A stretch of 64,000 bases of DNA, taken from the NCBI RefSeq assembly GCF_009914755.1, contig NC_060927.1, one strand, 5' to 3'. This document shows, piece by piece, positions 58,571 to 64,000 of this stretch (position 1 is its first letter; every line of letters begins with the position of its first letter). Under the pieces are notes generated by a model. That model had not been told where the DNA came from. It worked only from the letters and a program-made list of their open reading frames with translations, and searched no databases. The position numbers and the translations under genes were made by a program. Source of the stretch: the human T2T-CHM13v2.0 reference genome, Homo sapiens.

Positions 58571-59589
58571 TGGCTAAGTGATCGTAAGGCAATTAATCTT
58601 GATATGCCTGAATTTACTTATTTGTAAAATTGAGGTAATACTTTTTGTGAAGTTTAAATGATATATTATGAATTTTATAAAATTTTCAGCACACTGGCTG
58701 TTATGTAGCAAGTAGATTATAAACATTAGCTGTTCCTCTTCATTACAATGATGGAAGTATAGGTGGACAGATTGGTGATTAATTAGTTAATAAACATGAA
58801 CACTCTTTAAATCTAATTCAGAGGTTTGGACCATCTTGGGAAAGACAGAAAAGAAGTTTATCTGGTTTCAGTGTAGGGTATAAGAGAGAAGGCAAATACC
58901 AGACATTTATTTATATTAGTAGTTGGAGGCATGCGGGTTATTAATTACACCTTCCAGGGAAACCCAAGCCATGAATTCCAGGGGAATATTATCATGGTTG
59001 ACTCTGCCAACTCCAATCTTTGTGGTTGAAATGTGGTCCTGACCCCTCTTGCCTAGATGGAAATGTTAACTAGAAAAGCCTGTGTAGTTCCTGAGGCACT
59101 CAGAGAGAATCCTTTTTAATAATTCAGCCATCTGTATTTAGCTGGTCCCTCAATGTCTGGGCTAGGTCTTGTTAGGAATAAAGGATAAAATATTAAAGGG
59201 ACAAATGTAAACAACACTGGCTTGAATTACAATTTCTAGTTTAAAAACATGTTCATGACTCACAGAGCTATTATACGTGTGATCTCTGAGAATGAAATTG
59301 GCTGGCTGACCTCCTAAGATTCCCTCTTAAACACGAAGTGAATATTTCACTATAATGACCAAGACTTTGCAGTTGAGGTTAGCAGCTTGAGCCCTTCTAC
59401 TCACTAAGAATTCCTTCATTCGTTCAATCACCAAAGATGTGAAGAGCAACTAATGTTAGCCAGGCATCCAAATAGCTGAGAATTTCAGTGTTTTTGGAGT
59501 TGTGACAGCTGAGTTGTCATTGGTTAATAACCCAAGAGTCTTCTCTCCAACACATAAAACAAACAAATCCCTGCAAGATATGTTTCTGT

Positions 59590-59745
59590 CTTTTAGAATC
59601 AAACATTTATTCTGAGATGCTTACAGATTCACGTGCACTTGTACAAAATAATATAGCGAGATCACGTGTACCCTTTACTCAGTTTCCTCTAATGGTACCA
59701 TCCTGTAAAATTGTAGTATAATATCATGACCAGGATACTAACAAT
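59590..59745 (-). mobile_element. L1MC-type extreme 3' end
   Basis: agattcacgtgcacttgtacaaaataata..gagatc..gtaccctttactcagtttcc. Confidence 0.65.
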
Positions 59746-61032
59746 TCATTTTTACATTAAGATTTGGTATCATTAGAATTATAAATGTCAGATTGGAAAC
59801 CACAACTCAAAACCACAAGACATGAAAAGACATCTTAGCCAGTGCTGTTTTTTCTGCTTTGTACCCCATGTTGTTCCCCTCCACCTGTGACTCTGTGGGT
59901 CTGGATAGGAATTCTGCATGTCTGGTGGTGTTTTGTGCCTCTCATGGGTGACACTCAGCTCATCAGTGATTCCTTGTTCAATGTTGGCTGTCCTTTGTGA
60001 CTATAACCTCAGAGGGCAAAAATTATACCTGCTATTTACTACTGTTTTTATGGAATCTGGCAAAGTGTCTGGCACTCAAAGAGGCTGGATGCCTTTTACT
60101 TGGGTGAGAGAATCAATTAATCTGCCCAGCTGAGAGAAGTGCATTTCTGAAAGACGGGTCAGAGACAACCAGGAAGTTAGTGGTAATGCTGCTTAAAATC
60201 AATGTTAGTAAGACTTTTGCTTCTTTGAATCCAAATCTGTTATCTTCAGAAAGATTCTCAGCTAACAAAACAACCAGAATATTTATGTGTTCAGACACAT
60301 GGGAAAAATAATATTTTTTAAAACAATCCAATCTGAGCTAAGTATTAGGAGAGCACTGAAATGTCTTGAAATCAAGTCTGAAGAAATAATCTGCTTCAGA
60401 ATAGCTTTCTTGATGAGGAACACTTTTTCGTTGTCTAATGTTGTTCTAATCAGCTGGACAATCTTAGCTGAAAGATTTACCCTATAAAATGACAATATAA
60501 GTTAGTATTTCCCTAAACCTTTCTTTTCATCACCAAGGACACCTACAGACTTCTCTCTGGGGATAATGGAACATTGAAAATTGGGCATTTTAAATAGGTT
60601 GGCAGTTATCTGAAACAAGTAGTCTAATAAAGAAGTATGCCCTTATGGCTAGCCCTGAGAACAAATGGTATATCTTAAAGTTAGTATGTTTATTGTTTTT
60701 TCCATTGAAAAGTTTGGCTTTTTGGAGCACAAAATAGCTGGCTGACTTTCTATCCATTCTCACTTCTCCAGTGCTTTAAATCATAATATTTAACTTAATT
60801 ATCAGTATCTGACTTGAGACCTTCCAAGATTCCTCAGTCTGCCAGGTGCTTTGTTTCTTGGCACTGAAAAGTCATTTGGTATAAAATAATGAGCAAAGCA
60901 AACATGGTATCTGACTTTATAGAGCTTATTTTCTAATATAAGGAACAGATCAAAATCAAGCAAGCAGATCAATGAATTATATACTCATTAATTTTGATAA
61001 ACCACTACAAATGAATGAATGAATGAGCAAAC

Positions 61033-61570
61033 TGAGGATGAAAAAAGCAGCCCTGAGAGGCAGGAGCCAGCCTCACACATGCAGTGGGGCCATGTTCACC
61101 TGGCTAACCCAAACGATTTCACAGAACATCAATATCACACAAGACCATGCTGAGATGCTGGGATCGAGACAAGAACTCTAATCATTTAAGAACACAGACA
61201 AAAGCATAAACATTTTCCAGGCCACAAAAAATGACCAAGTATCTCCTATAACAGTTTGAATGACTGCTGGTTTCCTTAACAGTTTTCACCTTGTCCTGTG
61301 TTTTCATCTCCTAAGTAAGAATTATTAAGATACCCAGTCACAGAATTATCCCAGCTTCTAGACAACATCCAGTTCAAAGCAATGTCCCATTTCCTGGAAT
61401 TATCTCCCAAATCACAAAACATAAGCCCAAATTCTGTAATAAGCCCTCTCTAATACCCAACTCACCTCAGTCCCAATGGCATCAGCTCTCCCTCATTGCA
61501 GCAAGTGAATAAACCCAACATTGTTCAAATTAAGGTGCATTTTTATTGGTCTTTGGCTTGAGAGCATTAA
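61033..61570 (+). mobile_element. MER77-type LTR
   Basis: atttcacagaacatcaatatcacacaag...ccacaaaaaatgaccaa...aataaacccaac..ggtctttggc. Confidence 0.7.
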
Positions 61571-63669
61571 TGAATGAAACACACACCTTTTTTTTTTCTG
61601 ATGCCTAAAGACTTTATCCCTGATTGAACTGCTGATTCTAGATTTGGGATAAAACCTGACAAAATGTAAATATACCTGAAGAGGAAAATAGCTCAGTCAA
61701 CAGTGACTTGTTATAGAGAAAAAGTCAGAAAGATCTAGAAGCCTAAGTGGTATTTAGAGAAAAAGGTTCTGAGAAGGTGGAGGTCAGCACATATTCTTAC
61801 ATGCTTTGGGTGAAGGACGACTTCTTGGGAAGAAGCTATGAAGAACAGATACCAGTGTGGGGAGAGATTTCAACTTTTCAAGAAGAGTTTTAGACCAGTG
61901 ATAAATGGACAAGAAAATAGGAAGGAAAGTGAGTCATGTTCTGCCAGTAAATTCCTCCTTCCATCTCAGGTAAATCTTTCATGGGGCTTATTAAGCAGTT
62001 TTCATTAAAGAGTTTATAGGTACATTAGCAGGCAAAAGAACACTTCTTTCCAACAAACAGCTCTCAGAAGTCATAAACAGAAACTCCTAATATCTGGACA
62101 CCCACCAGAATAGCAATCGCACTCCCCAAATGTACCAAAATAAAATCAGCAGCCCCCATGTGCATACAGAAGAAGGCAGGATAAATCATAATGGCTGAGT
62201 TAGTATCCCTTTAACCCAGAGACCAAGATTTACACACTACAACTCCGTTAGCTTTATTGTCTCTGCTGAACAAGGCTGGCTGGGAAAAACTTAATTTTAA
62301 GTATTTTATTACCTGCTAGTTTTAAACAGTCTCTTTCAGGTTAGCTCAGTTTCTTTTGGATACATAATCAGTCAGATTAATAAATGAAATTCACTTTATG
62401 TATGTTTATTTCCTCTCGAAAGTCTTCCCTGTCCTTCCTCAAAATCCTGGGTGGCATTAAACAAAGAAAAAAGCTTTCGTGTACTCTCAGTGTTGGAGGA
62501 AAGAATGCTGGAGTGAGCTGTAGCTGGACTGTTACCTGGGCTCTTCTTGGCCTTCATTGAGTTTAATTCTTGTCCGGCCTGGTCACTGAGCCTCTTTCTG
62601 TATATGTCTCTCAAATTCACAGCTGATGAATGTGTTCTTCCCACCTAGGCTTTCCTTCCTACTTCCTCTTTCCTGTCCCATAACTTGGTCTAATTTCACT
62701 ACCTTTGGGTCTGAGCCATGATGATGTTAAACTAGTTTCCATCCCCCTTATTTCAGCTCTGAGGAAGACCTTAAAAACTTCCCTAGCACACCCATGGCAG
62801 GCCCTTCTTGGTTCTTAAATTTCAACTACTATTTATTGTGCCTAAGAGATCCCAGAAACTTTTAGATCTTTCTTATATTATCCCAATCATCCCAATCTTT
62901 GCAGCACTGTGGTGGGATCTCGGGAGGTAGGTCAGTCTAATGGGTCACTTTCTGTCTGACTATGTGATGTGGCCATTTGTATTCTTCTGCAGCTGCTCCA
63001 GGTCAGAAGGTTGCATATTGCTAGTTGCATTCCCCCAGAGCTATAGGTGGAAAGCTGCTTATGGCATCCCATATCAATATATCTTGTGTTTTTATTACTC
63101 CCCCTGAGGATTGGCTACCAAAGTTTGGATAAAGGTTGATGAAAAATAAGAATCCAAGTTTCTTATCACCTGGAAGCATTCTCTGTTTCCCCCTTAAATG
63201 AGAACTTACAGTATATTCTATCCTGAGTTTCCTCTACCCATGGCATATAGAAAAACCTCATAGATCTAGTCACCAGGCCTGTCTCTTGATATGGAAAGGA
63301 AGTTTTTGCAATTTACATATATTTTTCTCTTTTTGACAATGCCTGACTGTCAAAACTATTTTCATGTTATGGACTCAAAATAAATCTAATTTGACAGTCA
63401 ACATGTATAAGGATTTTGTTATTGTAGATGATGCCTGTTCTTTCTCTCAGGTGCTGAAACCCATTAGAGTGGGGGGTGGATGCCTAGGATACTGTGATTT
63501 AAGATGAATGAAAAATATAAAAAATATACCAGTTTAACATGTTCAAAAATATGATACCTAAAAAAACTCTAATTCCATCCATCATGATTTCCAACTTTGG
63601 TGGGTTTGTGGGTGTTGTTATTCTTCATCTTCTCTGAGCCAAAGAATCCTTCTCTGGCATCCTAAGTAA

Positions 63670-63820
63670 TCTGTTTATTTATTGACTTTGTTACTTACTG
63701 TCTCACTTCCTCAATTAGAAGATGAGGTCCACAGGCAGGGCTCTTAGTCTATTATATTCCCGGAGGTATCTCCAGTTCCTGGAACACAGTAGGGACTTGT
63801 AACTATCTGTTAAATGAAGG
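63670..63820 (+). mobile_element. L2 3' end
   Basis: tgtctcacttcctcaattagaagatgaggtccacaggcaggg...tgttaaatgaa. Confidence 0.6.
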
Positions 63821-64000
63821 AATAAAAGAAACAGACTTTCCTATGTGCATTTTATGACAAATATTAAGAAAGTCAGATTTTGTTTGTATCTGAGAAAGTG
63901 AATTGTTAATAATATTTGCTGAAGAATGCTTAGAAAGTATCAGTTAGGTGCTGAGGTTACAGTAGGGAACAGACATACTGAGCCAGTTCTCATGGAAGGA

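Noticed and set aside
60113-60495. Three overlapping ORFs of about 70 aa in unique DNA
   Set aside because: No homology, no splice structure, and the lengths are expected by chance.
62396-62644. 82-aa minus-strand ORF with protein-like composition
   Set aside because: Non-ATG start, purine-rich upstream sequence with no acceptor, and no recognisable homology.

Overview
Primate, most likely human or great-ape, nuclear DNA that is intergenic or deep-intronic. It is AT-rich, CpG-poor and dominated by interspersed repeats. I found no credible host protein-coding exon, RNA gene or CpG island, and every ORF I could assign is of retroelement origin. The main elements are a full-length, inactivated L1PA2-type LINE-1 (45638-51696, minus strand, with TSD) and a complete THE1A provirus (38515-40815, minus strand, perfect 5-bp TSD). 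There are also six Alus, ancient ERV-L remnants, MaLR solo LTRs, hAT and mariner MITEs, and many MIR/L2 fragments. Subfamily names come from recalled consensus sequences rather than a database search, and the boundaries of old repeats are approximate. The most unusual structures are: (1) an ERV-L locus in the order integrase/PPT-LTR-PBS-gag-LTR, i.e. tandem or permuted (24363-26800); (2) a tiny L1 insertion with a poly(T) tail at one end and a poly(A) tail at the other inside a 22-bp TSD (13184-13322); (3) a closely spaced inverted Alu pair; (4) an L1 antisense ORF0 that is stopped and then re-initiated; and (5) several repeat-free, motif-dense candidate enhancers. I cannot support a claim of a new biological system from this sequence alone.
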